Assembly: GCA_000004985.1 (NCBI GenBank)
Contig: GG738921.1
From: Naegleria gruberi
Lineage: Eukaryota
Direction: 5' to 3' (one strand)
Length of the DNA stretch: 64,000 nucleotides
Shown here: one piece after another, positions 32,495 through 42,719 of the stretch
How the letters are laid out: each line of letters begins with the position of its first letter
Position numbering within the stretch: position 1 is the first letter of the stretch
The notes under the pieces: generated by a model
Told to the model about the DNA's origin: nothing
Seen by the model: only the letters and a program-made list of their open reading frames with translations
The model's database searches: none
Position numbers and translations under genes: made by a program

Positions 32495-33694
32495 ATGTCA
32501 AAACGAGATCGGTCATCTCGCGAGCAAGAGGATGAACAAGAAGGAACTTTGTCTTCGGAAGAAGAAATTTTTGATGATACACCAACATTGATGAAAAATG
32601 ATTTTTCAATGGAAAGGAAGAAGAAAAAAGTAAAACAAGCACCACCCTTTAATCTTGTCAAAATTACGCAAGATTACGATCAATCACATTATAAATGTGT
32701 TCAACTAGGAAATGATTATGATTCATATATGTTATTTTCGGCCAACAAAACGCCAACCAAAGAGATTAAAGAAGTGATATTCATGATGGAAACATTTCTA
32801 CTTATTAGAACAGTTGAAAATAGAATATTTTACATGGATGAAATGATTGCACATGGAGAGGTGGATTGCAGCAAGATCATTGATAAGAGTTCAATTTTGA
32901 AACTTGTGGCAACCTCTTCATCTGCCTATTTACTAACAAAGAGCGGAATTTATGTGTATGCTCGTGGTACTCATTCATTTGAACCTTCCTTTTCAATTGA
33001 AAATCATGATGAGGAGTTTGTTGATATTTCAGCATCTTTTGTTGATAACTTACTGATTCTAACAAGTGAGAATAGAATTTTAACAACTGGTTGGAATAAG
33101 TTTGGAATGTTGGGAGATGGCACAACCAAAAGCAAATATCACTCATTAGTTAATCCTGAAACAAGTCATACTCATCGTGTAAAGATTATAGTGAGTGGAT
33201 CATGCTTTAGTCTTTACACAAGTGGCAGCTCTTTATTTGCATGTGGAGAATTGTATAATATTGGAAGTTCTGCATGTGTCTCCAAGTTTGAAAGACAATC
33301 TCATTTCAAATTCGAAGCGTCAGATGTGGAACAGATCATTGCCAAACCTTTATTTACCTGTTTTTGGACGAAACAACATGATTTACATATTTACGGAAGG
33401 GGATTTTATACCAAACTCAATCTTAATCAAAATATTTACTCAATAGCTGTGCTTTACACCAACATATTCTGCTCATATAAGAATGGAAATGAAATAACAC
33501 AAACAAGACATGAACATGTTTCAAATGGAGAGTTTACAACAGAGGTTGTGACTGGAAAGTATAATGTCAAGTGGTTCAATTCTGTTTGTGTTGGTTCCAA
33601 CTCAATGTTGCTGTTTTTCACAAAACCACAGGAGGAGTCAATATTTAAAAAAGTAATTACCAATTTTTTTGACATCATAGTCGATTCTTCATGA
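32495..33694 (+). CDS. RCC1-like repeat (beta-propeller) protein
   Basis: ATG at 32495 follows an A9 run. Acidic then basic N-terminus (KKKKVK). Degenerate RCC1 blades: ILTTGWNKFGMLGDGTT, SLFACGELYNIGSS, HIYGRGFYTKLN. Confidence 0.6.
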   Translation: MSKRDRSSREQEDEQEGTLSSEEEIFDDTPTLMKNDFSMERKKKKVKQAPPFNLVKITQDYDQSHYKCVQLGNDYDSYMLFSANKTPTKEIKEVIFMMETFLLIRTVENRIFYMDEMIAHGEVDCSKIIDKSSILKLVATSSSAYLLTKSGIYVYARGTHSFEPSFSIENHDEEFVDISASFVDNLLILTSENRILTTGWNKFGMLGDGTTKSKYHSLVNPETSHTHRVKIIVSGSCFSLYTSGSSLFACGELYNIGSSACVSKFERQSHFKFEASDVEQIIAKPLFTCFWTKQHDLHIYGRGFYTKLNLNQNIYSIAVLYTNIFCSYKNGNEITQTRHEHVSNGEFTTEVVTGKYNVKWFNSVCVGSNSMLLFFTKPQEESIFKKVITNFFDIIVDSS

Positions 33695-34222
33695 CCAGGT
33701 TTCAAATATTTTGCTTTGTCAAAGACGCCCTACTTGAAAATTCAAAATCAAAACGATGAGGCACTGACCATTCCATAATCAAAAGTGTAAAGCACTTGAG
33801 TTTTTAGATGTGTCCTCAATTTTAAATTTTAAGAAATATTCAAAGTTTAAGTAAAATGTACAGTAGTAAGAATGATATAAATTTCTATGCTTTTTTCATA
33901 AAACACATTAATACATGCGTTAAAGATGACATCTAGAGTTAGTCATTTACTAAGATCTGGATCGTAAATAGTTTGGAGATATATCTCCTCTGAGAAGAAA
34001 ATGAACCTCAAGCGTGCGTATTAAAAAACACGTATTGGTTGAAATGAATAACATTCATTCCTTCCTCACGAATGGAAACTTTCTAGAAAGCATAAAGATT
34101 GAAAAAGAGAAACTTCAAGGTTTAGGACTTACCGACAGCTCACTATTCAATGTTTCCATCGCAATAAGACCATTCTACAGTAAATACGCACGCTCCAACA
34201 AGCATCCATAACAATAATTTCC

Positions 34223-34230
34223 TATAAAAG
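34223..34230 (+). promoter_or_regulatory. Candidate TATA box (TATAAAAG)
   Basis: CCTATAAAAGG lies 50-57 nt upstream of the ATG at 34280. The call rests on position and sequence only. Confidence 0.3.
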
Positions 34231-34279
34231 GAACTTCCGTGTTGAAACAAACTTCCACAACAAAAAAACACAAAAAAAA

Positions 34280-35392
34280 ATGGTCATCCTCTCAAACAGA
34301 AGAATTTTACTTGTTGCTCGTCCGGAAAACACACCAAAATCTGCTCATTTCACACTGAGTGAACCAGTACAGGAAATCAATTCTGAAACTTGCCTAAACG
34401 AAGGTGAAATTCTTGTGAAAACCTTATTCCTCTCAGTGGATCCCTATTTACTCATGCCAATGGGAAGAAAGGGAGTGCATCCTGATGTGGTTCCTAATCA
34501 AACTCCATATCCATTGAAACAATTCAAGGATGCAGCAATTATTGCCAATGTTGGAGATGTGTTTGGAGGAAGAGGTGTTGGACACGTGGTTGCCACCAAA
34601 CATGATGATTACAAGGTTGGAGATTTGGTTGCTGCTGATTATAGATGGCAAGAATATGCAATTATTAGTGTAAAATCAGAGTTGACTTTTGAAAAATTGG
34701 AAAATGAAATATTTAGTCAAGTTTCTCCATCAACTGCTTTGGGTGTTTTGGGAGTGAGTGGTTCCCATGCATTGTGGGGTTTCAATTTCGTCCTTCCAAA
34801 AGATGAGAAACCAATCGAAGGAAAGACAATTGTTGTGAGTGCTGCAGCTGGTAGTATTGGACTAACTGTTGCTCAATTGGCCAAAAACAAGGGTTTCCGT
34901 GTGGTTGGTATTGCAGGAGGTGAAGAAAAGTGTGAGAAATTGATTTCTGAATTTAAATTGGATGCCGTAGTTGATTACAAAAAGGCAAATGGTGACTTGA
35001 CCTTACTTAGTCAATTATTGAAAGAAGCAGCTCCAAATGGAGTAGATGCATTCTTTGATAATGTAGGAGGATTGGTTGCTGATGCAGTTTATGAAAATCT
35101 CAATTTGAATGCAAGAGTTTATTTTTGTGGAGCTATTTCACAATATGGAGAAGGAAAATCAGTTTTAGCTCCAGAGAAATACACAAATAATCCAAATATT
35201 ACAAGTATTACATGTTTACAAGCTGATTATATTAATAATATTCCACAAGCAAGAAGAGAACTCTTTGAATTGATTCAAAAAGGTCAATTGAAACCAGTTG
35301 AGTGGATTACTAAGGGAATTGAACAAACTCCAAAAGTTTTTGAGGAGATGTATGCTGGAAGAAACTTTGGTAAAACACTTATTCAAATTTAA
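34280..35392 (+). CDS. NADP-dependent MDR oxidoreductase of the alkenal/one reductase type (PTGR1 / LTB4 12-hydroxydehydrogenase family)
   Basis: Single 370-aa ORF. The N-terminal LFLSVDPYL and the Rossmann motif VSAAAGSIGLTVAQLAKNKGFRVVGIAGGEEKC, plus the C-terminal GKTLIQI, are typical of this zinc-independent MDR subfamily. Confidence 0.85.
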   Translation: MVILSNRRILLVARPENTPKSAHFTLSEPVQEINSETCLNEGEILVKTLFLSVDPYLLMPMGRKGVHPDVVPNQTPYPLKQFKDAAIIANVGDVFGGRGVGHVVATKHDDYKVGDLVAADYRWQEYAIISVKSELTFEKLENEIFSQVSPSTALGVLGVSGSHALWGFNFVLPKDEKPIEGKTIVVSAAAGSIGLTVAQLAKNKGFRVVGIAGGEEKCEKLISEFKLDAVVDYKKANGDLTLLSQLLKEAAPNGVDAFFDNVGGLVADAVYENLNLNARVYFCGAISQYGEGKSVLAPEKYTNNPNITSITCLQADYINNIPQARRELFELIQKGQLKPVEWITKGIEQTPKVFEEMYAGRNFGKTLIQI

Positions 35393-35636
35393 ACTCTTAT
35401 TTTCTATTTCAATAAATTACAAAATTTGTTTCACATTAGAAATTGTAATAATTTTACATAAAAAATAAGGAAATACTTTTAAATAATAGTAATTTTAGTG
35501 ATCTATACAATATATTTCCTATTACTAAATCAAATCTATCCACAATACTACCTTTCGAACAAACTTTACAATAAAAAATAATTTTTGGAAGAATCTCTTT
35601 ATTAAAGCAGACTAAAAAATAACAAATCAATAAATC

Positions 35637-36026
35637 TTAATAAGCTTCATCTTCATTAATATCCTCATCATCCTCACCAATATCTTCCATATTATCTTCA
35701 TCAATATTTTCAAAATTAGAACTTTCATCAGTTGGTAAAGAATCAAGTGTATCCAAAACTTCTCCTTCATCACTCAAAGTTTCTGCTTCAAGATTTTGTT
35801 CAAGAGCAGCTTCTTCTTCTTCCTCACCTTCGGAATTTTCAGTATTTGATTCAGTTGATGCCTCGGCAGTGTCAAGACTGTCAAGTGTCATTTCTTCTTC
35901 AGTTCCATCGAGGAGAGCAACTGATTCAGCGGAAACAACATTTGATGTAGAAGTTGTGGAGAAGAAACCGCTGATTAAGAAGAGGGTTAATAATAACAAG
36001 GAAAAGACAAGAAAACGTTTGTTCAT
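35637..36026 (-). CDS. Small secreted acidic protein
   Basis: ATG follows an A-run. The start MNKRFLVFSLLLLTLFLISGFF is signal-peptide-like and is followed by a D/E-rich low-complexity region. 129 aa. Confidence 0.5.
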   Translation of the reverse strand: MNKRFLVFSLLLLTLFLISGFFSTTSTSNVVSAESVALLDGTEEEMTLDSLDTAEASTESNTENSEGEEEEEAALEQNLEAETLSDEGEVLDTLDSLPTDESSNFENIDEDNMEDIGEDDEDINEDEAY

Positions 36027-36318
36027 TTTTTTTTGATAGTGAAATTTGATGTCTGACAGAAAATCGAGTCAACTTTCTGACCTAACAGAGCAGATTTATG
36101 TTTCATGATAATTATTAGAGAATGGACAAGGTGTTTTATTGGATTTTTAATTAAATTGTAAATTTTCTTTATTTAATAAAAAATCAAAAATTCAAAAATG
36201 GAAATTTTGAAATTGTAATTTTGATTTGGAATTGCTGATGACAAAGCAATGATGTAACAACATGATCAATCTCTTATCAATTACTACATCCAATTATTGA
36301 AAGTAAACTAATTTTATC

Positions 36319-36348
36319 TTTCGAATAATTTAGTTTACGTTTCGAATA
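36319..36348. promoter_or_regulatory. Direct pair of TTTCGAATA motifs with 21-nt spacing, in a divergent spacer
   Basis: TTTCGAATA at 36319-36327 and 36340-36348, about 165-190 nt upstream of the Arl GTPase ATG. Confidence 0.3.
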
Positions 36349-36511
36349 CATTTACCAGTTGAAACTTTATCTGTGAATTTTCCAACTGATGGCTTCCTTT
36401 TCCATACCAACCGTCTGTTCGAGTGTCAAATTGCACCTGTCATCAATTCAAAAAACATTAAAAAAAAATATTTCGTCGTCGTTCTTCTAACAAATAACAC
36501 AATCATCAAAA

Positions 36512-37492
36512 ATGGGTAATGTCATTCCTGTTAACACTCTCTTCTTGGGTATCGATGGAGCTGGTAAAGTAAGTAACATGAAATCTTTACATTTCGTCTA
36601 ATGTGTAAACTAATGTTTAAACTAATGTGTGTAAACTAAACTTTAGACCACCATCATCAACACTGGTATGAACAAATTCAAACAATTAAAACAAGAGCAA
36701 ATTGATGCTATACAACCAACTTTGGGACATGATTCAAAGAGATTTACAGTGGAAGGAGTTGAATTTATTTCATGGGATGTAAGTATTTGAAGAATTGAAC
36801 AAGTTTTCTAATAGTAGAAATTGTCATTGATTGAATGGTGTTGTTGTTTTGTTCATTGACTGCTCCAATAACAATAATAATAACAAATGTCATGTTGACG
36901 TGTAAAAAACTCGAAATCTTTGGATGATTTGAAAAAATATTAAAAAATTCGTGATGATATGAAAAATGGATTCGATTCTTGGCCATGACATGAATTTTTC
37001 TCACTATTTCTCACCACCATTGACAATACCACAACAACACATTGAACAATTCAATCACGACCACTTTGTTGCTTCCTATAGTTCCCTGGCAAGGAACAAC
37101 TTCGTTCCACATGGACTTCCTACTATAAACATGCTCAAGTCATTGTCTTTGTTGTTGACAGCTCTGATAGTGATGAACGTTTAGAAGAAGTTAAGGAAAT
37201 TCTCCACTCCATCATTCAAAATGTCCAATTACGTGAATGTTTGTTGTTGATTTTGGGTAACAAACAAGATTTGAATTCCACTAGAAATTTGGATAAATTG
37301 AAGGATACTCTCGGATTAGGAGGTAATTTAAGTGGATTACGTGATCGTACTTGGAAGATACTTACTTGTACTGCCAAAACTGGAGATGGTTTGGAAGATG
37401 CTTTCAAATGGTTGTCAACTGAAACAATGAAGGCCTATAAAAAGAGAGAAAGCAAGAAGAAGGAAGAAAAGAAGGAAGAAACTAAAAAATAA
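36512..37492 (+). CDS. Arf/Arl-family small GTPase with an atypical switch II (199 aa, 3 exons)
   Basis: Exons are 36512-36568 / 36647-36778 / 37082-37492, with introns of 78 and 303 nt in phase. MGN start. G1 is GIDGAGKT, G2 is PTLG, G3 is WD|FPGKEQLR (canonical WDVGGQ), G4 is GNKQD and G5 is TCTAKTGDG. Lys/Glu-rich tail. Confidence 0.8.
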
Positions 37493-37880
37493 TTGAACTA
37501 AGATGTTGTATTTCAATAAATCTAATTGTTAAATATCAAGACAGAGATCAATCGGTTTTAATTGAATATTGGGAGAAATATCCTATTGTTTCAAAGAAAA
37601 ACATGTTTAGGATAAATATTGAACTGAACTAAAATGTGATATCATAACAAGATGACACTTTGTTGAAAAATTTTAGTGCCATCTCACAGATTTGATCTCT
37701 CTTTCAACAATGCACCAATTGGATAACATTCTTTACAATTCAAATTCATCCCAATTTTTTGGTGCATTTTCCAATTTGAAATCCAAGTTCCAAACGAAAT
37801 TTAAAAATTCATCAAAAATTCCAAAAAATTCATAAAAAAAAATTCAAAACTTGAAATTTTCATCATTTCACTAATATAAA

Positions 37881-38988
37881 ATGTCTGCTCAATCCATTAG
37901 CTTTTCCAAGTATACAAAATTCGACAATCACTACAGAAAACAATACGTCGAATCGATCAAGACCCAAAATGAAGAGATGAGCAAGAAATTAAATCATCCA
38001 ATGGAATGGTATTGCTCCGAGAAGGTTCATGGTTGTAATTTGAGCTTTATTGTTGATAGAGTAAGGCAATCAGAGTATAAAGTAGAGGTTGCTAATCGTT
38101 CATGTGTTCTTTCACAATCATCAATGAGCTTTTATCCAAAAACAATTGAACAGTTGGAGAAAAAGTTTGAGTGGTGAATTGAATGAACAATTGAAATTGA
38201 AGAGTGTTCAAATTTATGGTGAATTATTTGGTGGATTATTCCCAAATAAGAAACCTTCAGATGCTAAGGCAATTCAAAGTGGAATTCACTATTGTCCACA
38301 TCATGATTTTTATGCTTTTGATGTTCTTCTCGGATTTGAGAATGGAAAACAATCTTGGGCTGTTTTTAACAATGTTGATCCATTGTTGGATGAGTGTGGA
38401 TTCAAAGTGAGAGCTCAACCATTGTTTAAGGGAACTTTGGACGAATGTTTGGAGTTTGATGTTAAATTTAACACTAAATTACCAGAAACTTTCTATCCAG
38501 AAATTGTAAAGGAAAGAAATGCTTCCTGGAAGGATTTGGATAATATTTGTGAAGGTGTTGTCATCAAACCAACCAAGTACAATATCTTTGTGGAAACTGA
38601 AAGAGCTGTAATCAAGAAGAAGAATGAAAAATTCTTGGAAACTGAAGCTAGTGATAAACCACAACAACCAGTGAAAAAGGAAAAGGGTGACTCTGAAGAG
38701 CTAGTTCAGGTATGGAATGAACTCTCACGATACATTACCTCCAATCGTTTGGATAATGTTCTCTCAAAGATTGGAAACCTCACCAAGAGTAACATGTTCC
38801 CAGTTATGAAGGAATTCTCAAATGATGCCCTCGAAGAATTTAAATTAGATTTGGAACGTGGTGCTTTGGAAAATTGTAAACCAGTTTCTTCACTTTCAAG
38901 TGAAGATCAGAAAAAGCTCACTAAAAAGATCAATGATGCTTGTATGGTTTTAATTAAGGAACAATTAAACAAACCATCATCAGAATAA
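37881..38988 (+). CDS. T4 Rnl2 / kinetoplastid REL-type ATP-dependent RNA ligase, with a frame break between motifs I and III
   Basis: Nucleotidyltransferase motifs: I SEKVHGCNLSF, III VQIYGELFGG, IIIa HDFYAFDVL, IV CEGVVIKP, V AVIKKKNEKF. There is a helical C-terminal domain (RYITSNRLDNVLSKIG). ORFs 37881-38177 and 38146-38988 are in different frames, and the span is 1108 nt. Confidence 0.8.
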
Positions 38989-39098
38989 AGTGCAAGTTGA
39001 CTATTTCGAATAAAAGTGGTGTTACTGAAATAATTTACAATTTTTTGTTTTTTGAATACAAATTGCAATTTATTGATTATTTACCATACAATAACCAT

Positions 39099-39386
39099 TC
39101 AATAATTACGGTGTTTACCCTCATAGGTATGATAAACCTCTACTCTGTCTTGTTGTGGTACAGTATCGCTTCTTTTTTGATGGTCTGGAAAGTTTTGTAG
39201 GTGTTGTCTTAAATTGCCATGAATGTTACCAGTGGCAGCACACTTATGTCCTTGTGGGGTTTGACTACTAATGGGGTTATTTTGAGATTTAATTTGACTA
39301 CTTGTTTGGGAGTTATTTTGAGATTTAATTTGGCTACTTGTTTGGGAGTTATTTTGGCGACCAGTTTGGGATTTATGTTGAGTCAT
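39099..39386 (-). CDS. Small Ser/Gln/Asn-rich protein containing a 12-aa tandem repeat
   Basis: 95-aa ORF with ATG at 39386. NSQTSSQIKSQN occurs twice, encoded by a 36-nt tandem repeat. No homology recognised, so coding status is uncertain. Confidence 0.35.
   Translation of the reverse strand: MTQHKSQTGRQNNSQTSSQIKSQNNSQTSSQIKSQNNPISSQTPQGHKCAATGNIHGNLRQHLQNFPDHQKRSDTVPQQDRVEVYHTYEGKHRNY
39276..39357. repeat. 36-nt tandem repeat, about 2.3 copies
   Basis: GTTATTTTGAGATTTAATTTGACTACTTGTTTGGGA at 39276-39311 is repeated at 39312-39347 with one A>G change. A third partial copy starts at 39348. Confidence 0.9.
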
Positions 39387-39624
39387 TTTGTTTCTGGCTT
39401 GTTTTATTTATTTTAACATACCACGTTTAACATCAAAACTTTTATTATAAAGAACTTTTGAGCCAAAAGGGAGACTTCATTTTTGGACAATTTCTTAATT
39501 TATGAAATTACTAGCTCAAGAGAAGCCCAAGACGAGTCAAGGATTTATTTGGTGTTGGTGAGCCTTTAAATTGAACCAATGACAATAAGGATATTGTTAA
39601 GAAATTTTAAAAAATCAGAAAAAA

Positions 39625-41562
39625 ATGCTCAACACTGAAACCAAGCTAACCTTCCATCATGCAATTTTCGAATTATCGGAAGGCTACTTTTTCATTGATC
39701 AAATTCTTCCATTCTTTTCTTTCAATGATTTGGAAAATTTATTTCTCACCTCCAAACATATTGCCGAGTTGGTGAGCAGACAACATCACATTGATTATTT
39801 AGCTGTTTTTAATGCTGGACTTGCACATTATTCATCATCGGGGAATCGGAATAGATGGATTGATTCAACTCCTCCGAATGAATTTCCATCACTGCTGCAA
39901 TTTGCAAATGGAATAAAAGTGATGATTGAAGCAGAGGGATCATGGCTGATTGAATATATTATTGGTTATTGTCGGAAGGTGAATAAGTTATTCAGTATTT
40001 CATATGATAAATATATTTATAATTGGTCACAAATGGATTTATCACTGATTAAGAATATTGAGGAGTTTGGACTTGTCAGGTTGGACATGTATAATTTTCC
40101 AAAATTTATGCCATTGTTTGAGGGAAAGAAAGTGAAACAGATTAAATTATCTATGGGATATATTTATCAAGATATCTTTGAACAGACTAGACCTGTTTTA
40201 GATAAGATCAATTTCAAGGAATTATATTATTCCATTTCATGGGTTTCTTCATTTAATATACTGAGTGAAGGTCTATCTAAGGAAGATTTAGATTTTAGAA
40301 ACAAGATAAAGATTTCAGTAGGTGATGTCGGGATAGATCAACACCATTATAGTTCGCTGAAAAACATTTCTAAATGTTTCGAGTTTAGTTCAATTACAAT
40401 TGAGAATGCTACAAAAAAAGAGGAGGATTATAGCGACCACAAATTTGACCTATTTTCAAAATCATACACCTTGAAAGCAGCTTTTTTAACCAAAGTACAG
40501 TCACTTGCATTGCCTAAATTCTCAAATACTGAGCCTTCAGCAATAGAAATGCATAATATTGAATTAGCTCTCAATAGTGCAAACATTGATACTTTTCATG
40601 TGCTACACACGACGAAATATTTAACAGAATTGAAATTGCAGGACTGTCACATTGATTTTTCAGATATTGATGCAATTGACTTGAAATTATTGAATAATAT
40701 GGTTTTGAATAGATGTAAATTTGTAAAGAATGGAAAACAATCAAATTTGGAATTTATTGAATGTATTAGTGCACCTAAACTCACAAATCTAACATGTGGT
40801 GACCTGTCGTTAAAATCAATTCCAATGATTTCAAAGAGTATCACCACTTTAAAATTAGGCAAGAATGAAATTGAAAATATCGAATTGGAAAGGTTAGATT
40901 CTATGAAAGGATTGACTAGTTTGGATTTATCAAATAACAAGTTAAATGATTTAAAAAACGTTCAGTCGATTATTGGAAAATTCAAGGACCTGAAATTGAA
41001 TGGAAATCCAATCTTTAAACGTATGATGATTAACAAAAACAAACTAGAATTTATTAACGATGACTGTAAACATGATGTTAAAAGATCGAGTAAGCTAAAC
41101 ACAAAACCAAAATTTTCTGGAACAGATGTGGAAATTATCAAACAATTCAGAATCATTATCTCTCAGAGAGATTATCCACACTGTGTTGAAAGGAAGGATT
41201 TTCTTAAACTAATTTCAAATCCAAAAAAACCAAACAGCTTGGACGAAACAAATGTGATTTTCTGGAACCATCACTACAGCAACAGTCAAACATCATTGTC
41301 AAAAGATGGAAATACCACATTTGTTGGAACTAATTTTACAAGCTTTTGTCAAGTTGCCATCTATCTAAACAATTATTTACAACACGAGTTTTGCTCTAAA
41401 TGGTATTTTTTCGGTATTAATGGAACAGATAATATTGAGCCACTGCATAATAGAGAATTGCTAAATGAGGTGTCCTATATTGTGCATGAATGGTCCTTTG
41501 TTTCCTCTCACATTGAATTTGTTAGAGAATTGAGAAGAAAATATCCTTCGAATTCTTTCTAA
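39625..41562 (+). CDS. F-box-like / leucine-rich-repeat protein (645 aa)
   Basis: Single ORF after an A-run. The N-terminus IDQILPFFSFNDLENLFLTSKHIAELV is F-box-like. LRRs include LTELKLQDCHIDFSDI, LTSLDLSNNKLNDLKNV and LKLNGNPI. Confidence 0.65.
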   Translation: MLNTETKLTFHHAIFELSEGYFFIDQILPFFSFNDLENLFLTSKHIAELVSRQHHIDYLAVFNAGLAHYSSSGNRNRWIDSTPPNEFPSLLQFANGIKVMIEAEGSWLIEYIIGYCRKVNKLFSISYDKYIYNWSQMDLSLIKNIEEFGLVRLDMYNFPKFMPLFEGKKVKQIKLSMGYIYQDIFEQTRPVLDKINFKELYYSISWVSSFNILSEGLSKEDLDFRNKIKISVGDVGIDQHHYSSLKNISKCFEFSSITIENATKKEEDYSDHKFDLFSKSYTLKAAFLTKVQSLALPKFSNTEPSAIEMHNIELALNSANIDTFHVLHTTKYLTELKLQDCHIDFSDIDAIDLKLLNNMVLNRCKFVKNGKQSNLEFIECISAPKLTNLTCGDLSLKSIPMISKSITTLKLGKNEIENIELERLDSMKGLTSLDLSNNKLNDLKNVQSIIGKFKDLKLNGNPIFKRMMINKNKLEFINDDCKHDVKRSSKLNTKPKFSGTDVEIIKQFRIIISQRDYPHCVERKDFLKLISNPKKPNSLDETNVIFWNHHYSNSQTSLSKDGNTTFVGTNFTSFCQVAIYLNNYLQHEFCSKWYFFGINGTDNIEPLHNRELLNEVSYIVHEWSFVSSHIEFVRELRRKYPSNSF

Positions 41563-41601
41563 TAAATTGGATTCTAATATTTTTCAGTTATTTCGAATAA
41601 A

Positions 41602-42484
41602 TTAAACTTTATTATCAGCTCCGTAAGGTTGATTTGGTTGGGCATAATAATTAGGTTGTGGATCCACAACTCCTGGTTGACCATATCCTTGATTAGCAGT
41701 AGGATATGGTTGACCATAACCACCTTGTGGTTGTCCATAGCTTTGATTAGGATTATAAGGTTGAGCTGTTTGATTTGGATTATACGGTTGACCATAACCT
41801 GGTTGACCATAAACCTCTGATGATGGATTGTAATAAGGTTGTTGTTGACCTACTACTGGTGGTTGTGTTTGATTTGAATAATAAGGAGTTGAAGTGTAAC
41901 CACCTGGTTGTTGAACTGCCAAATTTGGTTGCATTTGGCCAACTGTTGTCGTGGTTGATTGAACAGTTGTGGTTGCAACTGGGATTGGAGTGGTGACAGT
42001 TGTGGCAGCTGCCAAATCACTTCTTGACATACCATCTGCGATATTCTTCATGATAATGAACATTCGAATACCTGCAATGACGGACGAAATTCCAGCAATG
42101 ATCAATACAATGCCAATAACACCCAAAACAATTGGAGTGGTAATTCCAGAGCATGATGTGCTGGAATTGGTTGTCACAGCAAGACATGCTATAATGAATA
42201 CAAAGTTTAGTCAAGTTTCGAATAATTTCAAAAATTGATTATTAGAAACAAGATAATGAATTAGTTTTCAACAGATCAACAAGAAACCTACCTGCATACA
42301 ATGCACCAACGGCAATCGCAGCAATTCCTAGAGCAATACCAATCAAGATGGAAACAACTCCTGAGATAATTGTGGCAAGTGGTTTAGTTCTTCTGTTTCC
42401 AATAACTATTCCTCCTCCTACGTGATGATTTACATGATGATGGTGATGATGACCGTGTCGTCCATGGTGATGGTGGTGAGCCAT
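41602..42484 (-). CDS. Two-TM protein with an N-terminal His tract and a Q/P/G/Y-rich C-terminal tail (259 aa, 2 exons)
   Basis: Exons are 42484-42292 / 42188-41602, with a 103-nt GTAGGT...TAG intron in phase 1. The start is MAHHHHHGRHGHHHHHHVNHH. The TM helices are ATIISGVVSILIGIALGIAAIAVGALYA and IVLGVIGIVLIIAGISSVIAGI. The tail has YGQP / NPNQ repeats. Confidence 0.65.
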
Positions 42485-42719
42485 GCGTTGTGTTTCGTTT
42501 CGTTTTTTTTGTTGGAATGTTTATTGGAAACTGGGTGATGTACTTGCCAGGTATGGGTTGAAAGGGAGTTCCAATGTTGTTTCTATTTGATGAGGATCTT
42601 ATTGTAATCATTGATTTGTAATTTCCTCATACTGATCCAGTGTGGATATTCGAAAGTTCAATACTAACTTGGAAAATTAACATAAATTTATAATTTTCTT
42701 AAATATTCCAATTTCATTT

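Noticed and set aside
36779-37081. Possible intronic snoRNA or alternative exon in the 303-nt Arl intron (GTGATGA at about 36950; ORF 36966-37184)
   Set aside because: There is no CTGA D box or terminal stem within 150 nt of the C-box-like sequence. The ORF has no GTPase-like sequence and runs out of frame into exon 3.
41574-42238. Six alternate-frame ORFs over the Q/P/G/Y-rich exon
   Set aside because: These are shadows of the same compositional bias. The frame chosen is the one that splices in phase to the His-tract exon.
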